Positions 49,390 through 63,423 of a stretch of 64,000 nucleotides of DNA are shown here, one piece after another. The DNA comes from Basidiobolus meristosporus CBS 931.73 (lineage: Eukaryota > Fungi > Basidiobolomycota), in the NCBI GenBank assembly GCA_002104905.1, contig MCFE01000497.1, positions 2,555-66,554 of the forward strand. Reading direction: 5' to 3'. How positions within the stretch are numbered: the first letter of the stretch is position 1; each line of letters opens with the position of its first letter. The notes beneath the pieces were generated by a model. It searched no databases. It was not told where the DNA came from and worked only from the letters and a program-made list of their open reading frames with translations. Made by a program: the position numbers and the translations under genes.

Positions 49390-50166
49390 TAAAGGAAAAG
49401 GTAGAGAGAAAAAAGTCTACCCAGTCTAGAGACAGGGAAGTGTGAGAAAAAAGTAGCAGTTCTTGCCAATTAAAGCTGTAAGCCCAGAACAGACTGAATC
49501 CTATCCTAGCCAAGAAGAATTACCAAGAAGAAAACAGCTGTTTTTGCAAGAGTTGGAAGTGTAGCCATCTGAGCTACACTCCAGTGAGGTAGATGAGTTT
49601 GCCAAGAAAGGCAATCTGCCGCCACAGCGTCCACATCCTCCATTGTTGACCACATGGAGATCCCACTGACAGACAAAGTAGCAACATTAAGAACTCAAAA
49701 GGTTATCACAATGCCTTTAGTGGAATTTTTGAACATCAATAGGCACACCAAGAGGTTTCAGCACTTCTTCAAGAGCAGTGCTCAACAAAGCATACTTGTG
49801 TTACAAGTCTTGGTATAAGAGTTGTAGAGGAATAGGGAGTTTAGCTAGTATTGTATTCACTAAAACTTGAACTGATTTTTATTGAGGTTCCAGCAGCTCC
49901 TTATATACATTTTGCCAGATCAATTGCTGACTAATTGTATTTCCTAATGTAGGTTGTGGCTGATGACTCATTTGATTGCATCATCATCCCCCAATAAGAT
50001 CCTACTTAATATATCTATTTCTGTCTGATAAGGATCTGCTGATTCATTTGCTGACTAATGCTACTGATTTCATAGATAATACTGATGTACTGATAACCTA
50101 AACATATACTAACTGATTTGACTAAAAACTGATCTAACTTAAACATTCAAGCGGCAGATCATAACA

Positions 50167-50180
50167 TTCTCCCCTACTAA
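50167..50180 (-). promoter_or_regulatory. Gypsy polypurine tract (TTAGTAGGGGAGAA)
   Basis: Abuts the 3' LTR and overlaps the stop codon. Confidence 0.8.
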
Positions 50181-53100
50181 AGTTGAGAGGGTTCTCCTGA
50201 ATCTCTTTTCTTGTGATACCAATATCTTGATGGTTCAGTATTATCAGCAAGTCTTGCAAGCTTGAGTCTGTCCCTATGCACTAAGTCTTCCCGGATATTG
50301 CCTTGTTTGTCCACCAGTTGGTAAGTTGCAAATGGACATTCTCTGATGATCTTGAATGGTCCTGTCCATTGTGGCTCAAACTTCTTCCGAGTGTTGTTTC
50401 TTAGCAATACAAAGTTCCCAACTGTCAATGCTTCTGGTGCTATAGTCTTATCAAATCTCTGCTTCATCTTTTCTGCACTTTGAGATACTTTGGTCTGTGC
50501 CTCTTGACGTCTTTGTTCCAGTTGCTGGTGTCTACTTGGCTGACTGAGTTCATCTTCTAAGGTGTCTGTAAGCTTTGGTTGTGTGAGATCTCCTGGAATC
50601 CTTGGTTCACATCCATAAACTAAGTAAAATGGTGATTGCTGGGTGGTGTTGTGTACTCTGACTCTGCATGCAAAGAGTGCTTGGTCTATATACTCATCCC
50701 ATCTACTGACAACTCCATTTGCATACTTGGTCAGCATTTTTCCAAATAATCCATTAAACCGCTCAGTGACTCCATTAGTTCTGGGGTGATATGCCGAGGT
50801 TTTCAAGTGTCTGATCTGCTGCATTTCCAGGTAAGCCTCTAATGTCTTTGCCATAAAGTTTGCACCTCTATCGGATAAGATCTCCACAGGGCATCCAAAC
50901 TTCATCAGGATCTCATGGTAAATGAAACTTGCAACTTCTTGTTCACTGGCTATTGGTACAGCTTTAGCAACTGGCCATTTAGTGGCATGGTCAATTGCTA
51001 CTAGGATCCAACGGTTGCATTTCCTGGTAGTTGGCAGTCTTCCAATAAAGTCAATTCCCCATCTCTCAAATGGTCTTACAGGCTCCAAAGGGAAGAGTTC
51101 GGCAATTCTTTGTGGCTGGCCTTGATTGATTTGGCAGTTTGGGCATGTTTTTACTAGCTTCTCAATGTCTTGTTTCATTCTGGGCCACCATGCTCTGGCT
51201 TTTACAAGGCTATAGGTTCCTTCAATCCCAAGATGTCCATATCCATTGTGTAGCTTATGTATTAAATCCAGGCGAGCAACATAAGGACAATAGGCAATAG
51301 GGCTTCCATCAACAATTCGGTAGAGTGTTTCATTCTGTACAACAAATTTGCTGGCCTCATCACGGATTATCTTCTTGATATCTTCATCCACCTCATTAGG
51401 AATGGCTTGGTCCTCCAAGTACTTTGGTAATAGGCTAGGCCAATCTGATTCATGCACCAAGTTGAGTTGTGCAACTTGATCTAATCTTGATAAGGCATCA
51501 GCAACCGTGTTGTTTTTTCCAGGACAGTAGACAATCTCCAGGTCAAATTGCTGAATGTATTCACTCCATCTTGTCATTCTTCTAGAGAGTACCTTCTGAG
51601 TAAATATATACTTGAGGGAGGCATGATCAGTCTTCACAGTGCATTTGACTCCTTCAATATAGCATCTCCATGTCTTCAAACAGTGTATTATAGCAAGCAT
51701 CTCCTTCTCATGAACTGGATAGTTTTGTTCTGCTGAGTTCAGTTTCTTGGATTCAAAGGCAACAGGGTAGTCCTTTCCCTCGTGTTCTTGGCTCAGCACT
51801 CCACCAATTGCATAATCTGAAGCATCTGTGCACAGAGTGAACTCTTTTCTGAAGTCTGGTATTCTTAAGCTTGGCAGCTTAGCAAGTTCATTCTTTAGTG
51901 TCTGGAAGGCAGTCTCACAAGCTATGTCCCACTTGTAGGTATTGTCTTTCTTGAGGATATCAGTTAAAGGGGCTGCAATACTTGCAAATGACTTGACAAA
52001 TCTCCGATAATAGGAAACCATTCCAAGGAAGGATCTGAGTTCTGATATGCTATGGGGCTGCTTCAAATTCTTGATTACTTCCACCTTCTTGGGGTCTAAG
52101 GTTACTCCTGTGCTAGTCACTATGTGTCCCAGATATTCTACGTGTTCCTTGAAGAATTCACACTTGGCTAGCTTGCCGTATAGCTTGTTCTCTCTTAGTT
52201 TCTTCAAGACCTTTTCAATGTGCACCATGTGATCCTTTTCTGTCTTGCTGTATATCAATATGTCATCCAGGTAGATTATCACAAACTTGTCTAAGTACTC
52301 CTGAAAGACAGTCTGCATCAGCGTCATGAATGTTGCAGGGGCATTAGTGAGGCCAAAACTCATGACTAAGTACTCGTAATGTCCATATCTGGTCCTGAAT
52401 GCTGTCTTAGGGATATCTTCTGGTTTCACCCTAATCTGGTTGTATCCTGACATGAGGTCGATCTTGCTGAAAATAGTGGCTCCATTAAGTTGGTCCAAAA
52501 GCTCATCAATCCGAGGTATGGGGTACTTATTCTTGACGGTAACTGAGTTCAGGGCTCTGTAGTCAATGCACATCCTAAGTGTTCCATCCTTCTTTTTCAC
52601 AAAAAGCACTGGTGCTCCCCAAGGTGACTTGCTGGGCCTGATGTATCCTTGCTCCAATAGCTGATCAATTTGTTTCTTCATTTCCTCCAATTCCAATGGA
52701 CTCATTCTGTAAGGTGTCTTGCTCACTGGAGGGCTATCTCCTGTGTCAATGGCATGATCCACATCTCTGACTGGTGGTAGGCTTACAAGCTCATCTGGAA
52801 ACACGTCTGAATATTTCTTCAAGAGAGTCTGGACCTGCTGGGGTGCTGGGATAGAGGAATCCTCCTGTAATACCGCCATGAGGAACATCTGGGTACCTTT
52901 TCTAAGTGCTCTACAGAACTGGGTCTTGCTAAGTTCACTTGTCTCACACACACTGGAATTGACCAAGTTGAAATCCAGCCTGGCAGGTAATAGCTCATAG
53001 GTCTTGTTGTCTTTTTGGATCTGAGTAGCATGGGTTCTCCAGTTGATTGATGGATTACGACAAAATAGCCAGGTTTTCCCAAGTACAAGGTCAAACTTGC

Positions 53101-54310
53101 AGTTCCCAAATATATAAGCCTGTAGGTTTTCTTCATAGTCATTGATCTTCATTCTTACTGGCTGGGTAATACGGTTGATTATGTGGGAGTTCCCATCAGC
53201 TGTGGAGACTGAAGTTGATTTGGTAGGTTCCAAGTTGATTCCAGCTTTCAAAGCAAATTGCTCTGACATGTACTCATGCGATGCTCCTGAGTCAATCATG
53301 ATCTTGGCAGGTACTCCATTGATTGCTCCATTCAGGTACAATAACTTCCCTGAGTTTGAAGTCATTTGGGACAAGTACTCTTCTGTCATATGGAAGGTGA
53401 GTTCCGAGTCTTCTTCAAGCTCATCTTCCTCATTATTGTGTTCATGGGACTCAATATGGTTGAAGGTTCTTGTTGGCTGGTGTCCATTTCTTCTCTGAGG
53501 GCAGTACTTTGCAATATGTCCCTGCTGGTGGCAATTGAAGCAAAGTCCTCTCTTCTTGCATTCTTCTGAGGAGGGATTCTTCTGCATAGCGTCTATTTCC
53601 ATTGGTACTGCTTCTGATTGTCTTCTTTCATAATGATTATAGCCTTTCTGACTAGTCACTGTAGGCTTCCCAACTCCAAACATAGCTGAGTCATAGTCAA
53701 TGGCAATCTTGATGGCTTCTTCAATAGTCTGAGGTCTTCGGTAATTGACTTCCTTGCGAGTTCTTTCTTTCAACCCAACAATAAAGTATTCAACTTGATC
53801 CAAGGGGTCCATTCTTTCAATTTGTCCAAGTAGACATCTGTACTCATAGATGTATTCTTGCACCATTCCTTTCTGTCTGAGTGTCTTTAACTTCCTTCTT
53901 AGTAGTGTCTGCTGGTGTGGAGGTTCAAAAGCATCCTGAATTTCCAACACAAACTCATCCCAGGTAGAGATTGTAGAGCATCCCATCATAGTAGCTGACC
54001 TGATCTTGTTGTGGTACCACTGTAAAGCTGCATCTGCCAGGTAAGAAGCTGCATAATGCAACTTGCTCTCTGGAGCAATTCCTTTAGCTTTAAAAGCTTC
54101 TTCAATCTGAAAGAGCCAAGTTCCCAGGTTTTCATTGACTCTGCCATGGTACCGGTTGACCTTCACACTAAAGTTGCTCTTGACAGGGCTTTGCTGGCTC
54201 TGAGCCATGGTAGTCATTCCTTGTTGCTGTTGGCTGAGGATCTGGAGTAGCTGTTGCTGTTGGGCAAGGATTTGCTGCATGGCATTCTTCCATTCTTGAT
54301 TGTCCGACAT
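50177..54310 (-). CDS. Gypsy Gag-Pol polyprotein, single 1377-aa ORF
   Basis: Gag, [14 protein letters not shown] knuckle, MIDSGAS protease, YLDD RT, TDAS..D RNase H, HHCC plus DDE integrase with GPF motif; order PR-RT-RH-IN. Confidence 0.98.
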   Translation of the reverse strand: MSDNQEWKNAMQQILAQQQQLLQILSQQQQGMTTMAQSQQSPVKSNFSVKVNRYHGRVNENLGTWLFQIEEAFKAKGIAPESKLHYAASYLADAALQWYHNKIRSATMMGCSTISTWDEFVLEIQDAFEPPHQQTLLRRKLKTLRQKGMVQEYIYEYRCLLGQIERMDPLDQVEYFIVGLKERTRKEVNYRRPQTIEEAIKIAIDYDSAMFGVGKPTVTSQKGYNHYERRQSEAVPMEIDAMQKNPSSEECKKRGLCFNCHQQGHIAKYCPQRRNGHQPTRTFNHIESHEHNNEEDELEEDSELTFHMTEEYLSQMTSNSGKLLYLNGAINGVPAKIMIDSGASHEYMSEQFALKAGINLEPTKSTSVSTADGNSHIINRITQPVRMKINDYEENLQAYIFGNCKFDLVLGKTWLFCRNPSINWRTHATQIQKDNKTYELLPARLDFNLVNSSVCETSELSKTQFCRALRKGTQMFLMAVLQEDSSIPAPQQVQTLLKKYSDVFPDELVSLPPVRDVDHAIDTGDSPPVSKTPYRMSPLELEEMKKQIDQLLEQGYIRPSKSPWGAPVLFVKKKDGTLRMCIDYRALNSVTVKNKYPIPRIDELLDQLNGATIFSKIDLMSGYNQIRVKPEDIPKTAFRTRYGHYEYLVMSFGLTNAPATFMTLMQTVFQEYLDKFVIIYLDDILIYSKTEKDHMVHIEKVLKKLRENKLYGKLAKCEFFKEHVEYLGHIVTSTGVTLDPKKVEVIKNLKQPHSISELRSFLGMVSYYRRFVKSFASIAAPLTDILKKDNTYKWDIACETAFQTLKNELAKLPSLRIPDFRKEFTLCTDASDYAIGGVLSQEHEGKDYPVAFESKKLNSAEQNYPVHEKEMLAIIHCLKTWRCYIEGVKCTVKTDHASLKYIFTQKVLSRRMTRWSEYIQQFDLEIVYCPGKNNTVADALSRLDQVAQLNLVHESDWPSLLPKYLEDQAIPNEVDEDIKKIIRDEASKFVVQNETLYRIVDGSPIAYCPYVARLDLIHKLHNGYGHLGIEGTYSLVKARAWWPRMKQDIEKLVKTCPNCQINQGQPQRIAELFPLEPVRPFERWGIDFIGRLPTTRKCNRWILVAIDHATKWPVAKAVPIASEQEVASFIYHEILMKFGCPVEILSDRGANFMAKTLEAYLEMQQIRHLKTSAYHPRTNGVTERFNGLFGKMLTKYANGVVSRWDEYIDQALFACRVRVHNTTQQSPFYLVYGCEPRIPGDLTQPKLTDTLEDELSQPSRHQQLEQRRQEAQTKVSQSAEKMKQRFDKTIAPEALTVGNFVLLRNNTRKKFEPQWTGPFKIIRECPFATYQLVDKQGNIREDLVHRDRLKLARLADNTEPSRYWYHKKRDSGEPSQL

Positions 54311-54356
54311 CTTGAGGGTGGTTTCTTCTTTCTTCAGGAGGGAGGTTTCTGGTTAT

Positions 54357-54367
54357 CGCTGCTACCA
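54357..54367 (-). promoter_or_regulatory. Gypsy PBS TGGTAGCAGCG (tRNA 3' end, probably initiator Met)
   Basis: 1 nt from the 5' LTR; implies tRNA 3'-end CGCUGCUACCA with an A1:U72 pair, a hallmark of initiator tRNA. Confidence 0.8.
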
Positions 54368-56029
54368 ATGTTACAAGTCTTGGTATAAGAGTTGTAGAGG
54401 AATAGGGAGTTTAGCTAGTATTGTATTCACTAAAACTTGAACTGATTTTTATTGAGGTTCCAGCAGCTCCTTATATACATTTTGCCAGATCAATTGCTGA
54501 CTAATTGTATTTCCTAATGTAGGTTGTGGCTGATGACTCATTTGATTGCATCATCATCCCCCAATAAGATCCTACTTAATATATCTATTTCTGTCTGATA
54601 AGGATCTGCTGATTCATTTGCTGACTAATGCTACTGATTTCATAGATAATACTGATGTACTGATAACCTAAACATATACTAACTGATTTGACTAAAAACT
54701 GATCTAACTTAAACATTCAAGCGGCAGATCATAACACTTGAATACTGCAGGGACTTATTGCAAAGACTGGCACATGAAGAGCTAGCCCTTGCAGTGCTGG
54801 CTGAAGACCAGGACATATGGGATCCAGTGAATGAACAGTGGCCTAAAGCCATAGGGTTCCTGCCAAACTTGTGGTAGCAGAGTGTTATAGCAGAAATACC
54901 AATCAATTAGTGAATTTTAATGGAGTTGCTTGTTAAGTGTGGGGCTGGGCTTAATGTTAGTATAGGGTATAGGGACTTGTACAGATCAATACAATTGGCA
55001 ATTGAGGCACTACTGAAGTTGAAATGTAAATAAATCAGTTTGTATGCATGAAAAATAAGTAATACAGCTGAGTCAGGTAGTAAGGAGTGTGAAAAAGAGG
55101 CAATAGCCAATCAATGCAAACAAATGTACAAGGTGATAGAGTGTCCAGGATCAGAAAGTGAGAAAATTGGCAGAGAACCAATCAAAAGCTGCGTTTGTAT
55201 CATTTTGATGAAAATTTTGAAAAAGTTTTTTATAATATCTGGGGTGCAATTATTTTTTGAAGGTCTTTGCATGGTGTCCTGATGGTATCAATACCTCTTA
55301 GTCATGGGACTTGGAATATGTGACAGCCTTTTGATGGGATTGTCACAATAGTTTTTCATAGGGTATACATGTTCAACAATACAAATTCAAGGACTGCATG
55401 AACTGGATTTGTATTTATTCAAGTAGCCATTGGAGGCCATTTCTACTCAGAGTACATTGGAAGCATTGCAAGCCAGATGTTGACATTGTAGGAATATTTA
55501 TTCTGAAGCAGATCACCAATGCCTACTTGGTGTGTCTACAACTTTATGCAATGAATTGATTACAGGATATGCTTATTTTAAATGGATCCAACCAGCTAGG
55601 ACATCTAATTGCCTTACATGGCAAGAAACTTGACAGTATTTTGACAGCCTCACAGCAACACTCTGATGGCATTATATGTTGTAAAAATTTGTATTTCCAC
55701 CTAAATATTCACCTAACTTAGTCACTTAGATCATCACCTTCAAATCCTAGAGAACACTGACCAAAATTCCTTGTTGGGATTTACTTAGAATATTTTCACC
55801 ATAATACAAGGTACCCAGAACATGATAATTCTCAAAGTTGTCCAAACAGCCCCAAACCTTGCACACATGTTCTTGGGACCTTTCTTAATCTATTCTACGT
55901 GTTTGTAATGCCAAGACCATGTAAAAGTATAAATACTACTTTTACATTCAATGAATCATTAAGTGAAAACCACATAATCTACTTGTTCTGCCAATCACTT
56001 CCAATATCTCCAAGACTCTACAACAGGTT

Positions 56030-59000
56030 ATGGGTCCCAAGCTGTCACTCTCTGCAATGTCTACTACTGCTAATACCGGAATTTTTCCCTCTGCTGAAAA
56101 TTTGGATGGATCTAACTACCAAGTGTGGAAGGTAAAGATGAAGATGCTGCTACAAGAAAGAGGCCTTTGGGATATTGTCATAGGGGAAGAATGCCCTCCT
56201 AAAAGCATGGGAGAGGAAGCCTTAAAGTACCAGAAGAAAGTGCAAAGTGCCTTCAACTGCATTTGCCTTAATGTTGAAGACAAATTGCTAATTCAATGAT
56301 CAAGAGCAAATACAGCAAAGAATGCCTGAAAAGCATTAGAAGACATCTACCAGTCATGTTCAGCTGCTAAGAGAATGTATCTGAAACGGAAATTCTCTAC
56401 TACAAAGATGCTGCCTGGAGAAGAAATGAAAAATCTAATTAACAGAATTACCCTGCTGGTAGATGAGATGGAATCTGTGGGCATACCAACTAATGATAAG
56501 GATGTGGTAGTTACCATCCTGAATAGCCTGACAGACAAGTTTCAGGGCCTTGTATCAGCCCTAGAGTCCAGAGCTGAAGATTCAACCTTAAATTATGTAG
56601 ATGGAAGGCTCCTGGATGAAGAATTAAGAAAATCAAGCACCGATAAGAAGGAAGAAGAAAATGCTTTAATAAGCAATGATTACCAACAAAGGAGGTACCC
56701 AAGACCCTACAAAAGCAACAGCAACCTGCTTTGTAACTACTGCAAAAGGAAAGGACACACATCAGACTGGTAACTCAAAAAGAAAGATAATCAGCAAAAG
56801 AAGCCTGAATATGGAAATGCTGCAACAACTGAAGATAGACTATTCATATCTGCACTAAATATGACCACAAACAAGGATTCTCAGATGTGGTATATTGACT
56901 CTGGAGCATCTCAACACTTTACACACCAAAAAGAACTTTTTACCCAATATCAAGAAATTCCAATCAAGAAGGTTTTCATGGGTGACAATAGAACACTTGA
57001 TGCAGTGGGAGAAGGAACTATCCAAGTAAACCTTAGAAGCAGTGAAGGAAGCCATACACTTATCTTTAAAGAAGTACTCTATGTACCAGAAATAGCCAAG
57101 AACCTACTTTCTGTAAGCAAAGCCACAGCAGAAGGACTCAGTTTCAGCTTTGACAATTCTGGATGCAAGATCACTGATCAAAATGGTGCCCATATTGCTT
57201 TGGGTATCAGAGATCAGAATCTATACAAGTTGACTTATATTCCATCATATTTGGAAGCCAATATAAGTAACTCAAATGAAGAAACATCAATGCTTTGGCA
57301 CAGGAGATTTGGATACATCAATTTTGATTATTTGAGTAAAATGATCAAAGATCAGCTAATTTCTGGAGTGAAAATTGATCCCCCAGCTAATTTGGAGCGC
57401 TGTGAAGCCTGCATATATGGGAAACAAGCCAGACAACCATTCAAGAGCTCTGGGTTAATCAAAACTAAGAAAAAATTAGATCTAATTCACTCAGATCTGT
57501 GTGGACCTATGCAAAATTTATCCTTAGGTGGGATGAAGTATTGAATCACTTTTATTGATAATTATACATGATACACATGGGTCAACTTCATGGAGAGAAA
57601 GGAAGAAGCTCTGTCTAAGCTCATAGAGTTTAAAGCCGTGGTGGAGAGAAAAACTGGTGAAAAATCAAGAAAATAGGCTCTGACAATGGTGGAGAATACA
57701 CCTCAAAACTCTTCATCCACTTCTGCAAAATTCATGGGATAAAGCAAGAGACTACTGTACCATACTCCCCACAGCAAAATGGAGTAGCAGAACATGCTAA
57801 CAGATCAATAATTGATATGGCAAGATCTATGATCCATGATCAGAAATTATCCTATGATTTTTGGGCGGAATCAGTTGCCACTGCTGTATACCTTAAAAAT
57901 AGGTGTTATAATAGAATACTTCATGATTCTACTCCACTTGAAGCATGGTATGGATACAGACCAAGTGCAGAACATCTAAGAATATTTGGGTGTACAGCAT
58001 ATGCTAAAAAACTGGCCAGAAATCAGTCAAAATTTGAGCCAAAAAGTGTAAAATGCATATTTTTGGGCCACTGCAATGAGAGTAAGGCATACAGACTCAA
58101 CAATACCAAAGCAAAGAAGCTTATCAAGTCCAGGGATGTGTTGTTTGATGAAAATTCAAAATTTTCACAAAAAATGACATCAGATAATGACAAAAATTTG
58201 ATCTCAAGTCCACCAATTGTCAAGATTGAATCAGAGCAAAACAATGAAAATCTTTAGCTCCAGAGGACTCTACAACCATGGTTCAGCCAGAAGCAGTGCC
58301 CAGGAAAATCCCAGAAGTGATCATTCCAGTATCAAATGCCCATAGATCCAATTGGACAAGAAAGAGCTCAAATTACTATAACAATGAGGGTACAAACTTA
58401 GCCTATGCCTATTCAGTCCATATTGATGAACCCCAGACTGCAAAAGAGGCCCTAAATAGCCCTCCGACAAAGTTTTGGAGATCTGCAATGACTGAGGAAT
58501 ATCAGGCTCTGATGGAAAATCAAACTTGGGACTTGGTCAAATTACCAATCAACCAAAAATTAATTGGATGCAGATGGGTCTTCAAGACAAAATACAAGGC
58601 TGATGGTACAATTGAAAGATACAAAGCAAGACTTGTAGCTAAAGGATACTCTCAAACAAAAGGACTTGACTATACTGAGACCTTTGCACCGGTAGCCAAG
58701 TTTAATTCCATCAGATCAACATTGGCTATTGCAGCCAAATATAAGTTTTTTATTCATCAAATGAATGTAAAAAACTGCATTTTTGACTGGAGAACTTGAT
58801 GAGGACGTGTATATGGACTAGCCTGATGGGTTTGTTGACCAAGATAGCCCCCATTTGGTCTGCAAGCTTAAAAAGTTACTATATGGTCTCAAACAATCAC
58901 CAAGAGCCTGGAATTGCAAGATAGATTCTTATTTGGAATCTTTGAGTTTCAAAAGAAGTAATGCTGACTATAGTATATACTATAAGCCAGATAGAGCAAA

Positions 59001-59999
59001 TCCAGCTCTATTAGCTCTATATGTGGATGATCTTATTATAGCCGCCAATAACCTAGAAACACTAGAAGAGACTAAATCCAGCCTATCTAAGGAGTTCAAG
59101 ATATCCAATCTAGGAGAACTTAGTTACTACTTAGGAATTAAATTCTCCATAGACAGAAGTACCCAGACTATCACCCTAAGTCAATCTAAGTATATTCAAG
59201 ATATACTAAAGAAGTACCAAATGGAAGACTGTAAACCAGCAGCTACCCCAATGGAGACAAACCTTAACTTGGTCAAAACTCAACCAAATCAAGAGATCTT
59301 GAGGCCATCTGAAAGCCCTGACTTTCCTTATCAATCTATGGTCGCAGTCTGATGTATATCATGCTTGGAACACATCCAGATATCTCTTATTCAGTGGGAG
59401 TTGTCAGCCATCATAATCAGAACTATGGATCTGAACATATTGCAGCAGTTGAGCGGGTTTTTAGATACCTAAAAGGAGCTGCTGATATCTGCTTAAGATA
59501 CACTTACATGGATTCAGAACAGGATCTTGTGGGATACTCTGATGCTGATTGGGGATGAAATTTGGATGACAGAAGATCCACCACAGGATACACCTTTCTA
59601 TACTGTAAAGGAGCAATTTCATGGAATTCAAGAAAGCAACCAACCATAGCACCTTCCACCACAGAGGCAGAGTAAATGGCAGCCTGTGAAGCTACAAAAG
59701 AAGCAATGTGGTTAAGAAAACTTTTTACAGATTTAGGTCTATGTCAAAAAACGCCTATTACTTTATTTCAAGATAATCAAGGATGTATACAATTAGGTAA
59801 AAATCCAACTTTTCATGCTAGAACCAAGCACATAGATATTAGACATCATTTCATACGTGAAGCTATAGAGAATAACTTAGTTAGCTTAGTTTACTGTCCT
59901 ACAGATGAAATGATTGCAGACATATTTACCAAACCATTAGCTAGAGACAAGTTTGAATATCTTAGGTCAAAATTAGGACTAGTCAGTATGAACATTTAG
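56030..59999 (+). pseudogene. Copia gag-pol pseudogene
   Basis: Colinear with 8271-12240, with many stops and frameshifts. Confidence 0.93.
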
Positions 60000-61054
60000 C
60001 TGAGTGGGAGTGTTGTAAAAATTTGTATTTCCACCTAAATATTCACCTAACTTAGTAACTTAGATCATCACCTTCAAATTCTTGAGAATACTGACCAAAT
60101 TCCTTGTTGGGATTTACTTAGAATATTTTCACCAAATACCAGGTACCAAGAACATGAAAATTCTCAAAGTTGTCCAAACAGCCCAAACTTTGCACACATG
60201 TTCTTGGGACCTTTCTTAATCTATTCTACATAAATGTAATGCCAAGACCAGGTAAAAGTATAAATACTACTTTTACATTCAATAAATCATTAAGTGAAAA
60301 CCATATAATAGACTTGTTCCATCGTACCATGCCAGGGCGCGCGGCGCAATCCGCGGTTGCAAAGAACAATTGGGTGCAATATTATAGCTACCAGAAGGCA
60401 GGATTGTTCTTGGACAATTTCGCACTATGCGGGACAATCTTGCACACTATGGCACAATCTGACACGATGAGGTTGGCGCGGATGATTGCGCCAACTTGTA
60501 ATGCTTGCATCACGTGCGCGATTGGATACCGCTATAATGGCAGGTAAAATCCGGTATTTGGATATGTTTCTTTAATGTAAATGGAAATAAATGTGTATCA
60601 CACTATAAACTACACTGATACTTACCATTTTGGTTACCCTCACTGCAATTGGGCGGTATCTCAGTGGTTAATTGGTCCAAAAGTATCCTGAAGCTGGCAG
60701 CCCCCAATTGGCTCATTGACTACTGAAAAAGCTACCTGATTTGCCATCAAATATCCCATTTTGCCCATTGAGCAAGTAAATCCCTGATCCTAGTGATTGG
60801 GCAAGGTGTCATAGCTAGCATGCAAGCGATTGTGTAGGTGCAAAACAGATCCAATAGCTGCACTGGTATTACAGATGACGTATATATATATGCAGGGTGT
60901 TTATTTATAGGGGTTCTGTCTCAAATGTGAGATGACCTTGATATTACTTATATCAAAAATTTGATGATCACTGATTTGCGATGGCTTGATTCAGATTGCA
61001 AAAAAAAAGGGTTGTCAGGATCATTACAAATGTGAGCAATTCAAAGCGATCGCA

Positions 61055-62239
61055 TCATCTTCTCCTGGGTTTTTTTCTCACAGGGATTACTACTGAAGCA
61101 TTTGGTAGTGACTCACTTTGCAAACCTATACTACTTCCTGGCTGACTATCATCTTGGCTACTTGTGTATTTGTAGTCAGTATTTTGCCTCCTAGTTGATG
61201 AGTGCAATGCTGCAGCTTGGCCGCGCTGAATCGCTCCAACTGAACCAACTGAACCGGCCTGTAGTGCCACGCGCTGACGCGTTCTTTTACTTGCCAAGGG
61301 CTCCGGTGGTTGAGTCACTTCATGTTGGTCATCATCAGTCAGTTCACCAGAAGTAACTCGCTGATGGTCAGGCAAAACGGCATGCGCAGGCGTGCCTTGA
61401 CGCGTTGAGATGGCCCTTGGCTGAGTTTGATGTGATGCCGCATGTTGACGCGACTTGGTCCGCTCCAATGGACTTGTGTCTAAATGAGCAGTTTGGCAAG
61501 TTCTGGTAAAGGGTGTTGGCGTGGTCTGGACTGACGTGCGCCGGCGCGCTGTGGTTGCAAGAGATGGTAGGGAATCCAGTGAGGTGTGCTGGTGCGATCT
61601 GGACTATGTTGCTTGCGGTCTGTATTCTTCCTCCTGAAGCTCACCATCTGATTCCTCAAGGTATTCACTTACCCACTGTCTGATACTTTGGAGCTGTTGC
61701 CTGGATGAGTCCTGTGTATATTGCTCTCGGAAGCCACTTAGCTCTACTAATATATCACGTAGTACATTAGTCATTTGAGGCAAAAACTCATTCAAAATCT
61801 CTTTGGTTCCCAAAGTTGAGGCACAAACGGACGCGTCCGGCCCGTACTGTGCAAATTGCGCGCAAAACTGTTCCCGCGCGGCTTCCTTGTCAAATCCCCT
61901 CACTCTCAGCTCATTCTTGATTTCAATACTTGTCTTGTTATATATCTTTTTACATACATTGGCTGGCATCTTGATGTAGAACTCATGCCACAGCTTTCTA
62001 CTCAAATTCTTCCATCTTTGTCAACTCTCTGAGGTATCTAGTTCTGCTAGATTAATCAGTAGTGCCCAAATATCTGTATGAAGGCTCATCATAGACACTT
62101 GGGCCATACTAAAATCATTTGGTGAGAACTCAAACAGATCCGACATCGACTTTTCCGGTCCGGACCGCGCTTGTGAGCTGGGGGATGGGTTTTGTCTGCG
62201 TTGTACTAAAGATGAGTTGAGGCTTGGTATGGGGACCAT
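61055..62239 (-). pseudogene. PHIS second ORF, copy B
   Basis: Colinear with 46913-48160; same TGA, an extra stop and a 63-bp in-frame deletion between AGAAC microhomologies. Confidence 0.65.
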
Positions 62240-62598
62240 AGCAACGGATTTGGATACTTATACAGCAGTATATTGGCATCAACCTGGTCTTATATGAAAT
62301 ATATATGAAAACTAAAGTGATTGTTGAATTTTCCATATATTATGCATGATGCATCTTGGATCGCGTTGACACGGATCAGATCACATCAATCGCAGATTTC
62401 CTATTTGATTATAGACCTATGATTAAAGCATCAATAAAAGTACCAAGGCATTGTTTGCGGATGATTTTTGCGACATAATGATGGGATACATGGCAATTGA
62501 TGGAGATTTAATCATAATGTGTTAAAAATCAGATAAATAACTCAGATTGCGCCGAATTGATTCAAACCGCCTCCATACAATCATCCATCAATTTTAAT

Positions 62599-63423
62599 AT
62601 GACTTACTCATCTGAATGGTCTTTTCTCATCAATCCCATCACTACCACTGGATTTCCTTTTGACACACTGGAGGAGATCTATTCCAAGTACTGTGGACCA
62701 TCAACCCCAATGTACTCAAGGAGATCCCTTGTTAAGCTTCTCTGCTATTACAAGAACTATTGCCCTACAAGGTTTCATCCCACCATCCATGGCAACAAAA
62801 GTCCTAGAAGCTTTCATTCCCAGCTGACAGCAATGGAGAACCACCTTGCAGAGGGTATGAATGACTTAGAGCAAGCTTGGAATACTAGGTTCAGAAGCTC
62901 CAATAGACTTCCATATCCCAGAGTGTTCAGCAACAGGTTCCATATCAGGAGTATTTTGGATACCTTCCCAGTGAGGATTAACAGACCTTCTAGAGGGCAG
63001 AGGCACTTTTATTCTGGCAAGTACAAGGCACACTGTGTGAAGTTTCAAGCACTGTCTGACATTTAGGATAACATCATCTGGTTTAGTGGGCCATTTGCTG
63101 GAAGTAGGCATGACAAAGCACTCTGGGTAGAGAATCATCCTGAATTCAGTAGAGGGGAGAAATGTATGGCAGACTTGGCCTATATAGGAGAGGATTGTCA
63201 GAGATTAGGATGTATTACAGCTTATAGGAAGCCAAGGAATGGTGTGCTTAGCAGGAAGCAGAAGCTCTACAATGAGATATTTAATCATTTCAGAGTAAGG
63301 GTAGAGCACACATTTGGATATCTGAAGAGATTCAGCATATTGGCAGGTAAATACAGAGGAAAGTCATATATAGGTGAAAACAGCAGAATAGGTAAAATAG
63401 TTAAGATACTTATTAATGCATAG
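62599..63423 (+). pseudogene. PHIS transposase with one premature stop (GAG>TAG at 63064)
   Basis: Same DDE motifs as copy A; frame otherwise continuous to 63423. Confidence 0.9.

Larger units (their letters stand above)
49799..54736 (-). mobile_element. Intact Ty3/gypsy LTR retrotransposon (4938 bp)
   Basis: LTRs 49799-50166 and 54369-54736 identical by my comparison (TGTTA...TAACA); 4-bp TSD CTTG; PBS and PPT present. Confidence 0.98.
49390..55363 (+). mobile_element. CACTA accessory-side terminal fragment interrupted by the intact gypsy
   Basis: Accessory-ORF homology at 49390-49798 and 54737-55250; ends TTTTTCATAGGG at 55363. Confidence 0.8.

Noticed and set aside
50177-50450. Chromodomain at the gypsy integrase C-terminus
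   Set aside because: The GPF module is present but no Y.VE.I...R....YLVKW.G pattern follows before the stop.
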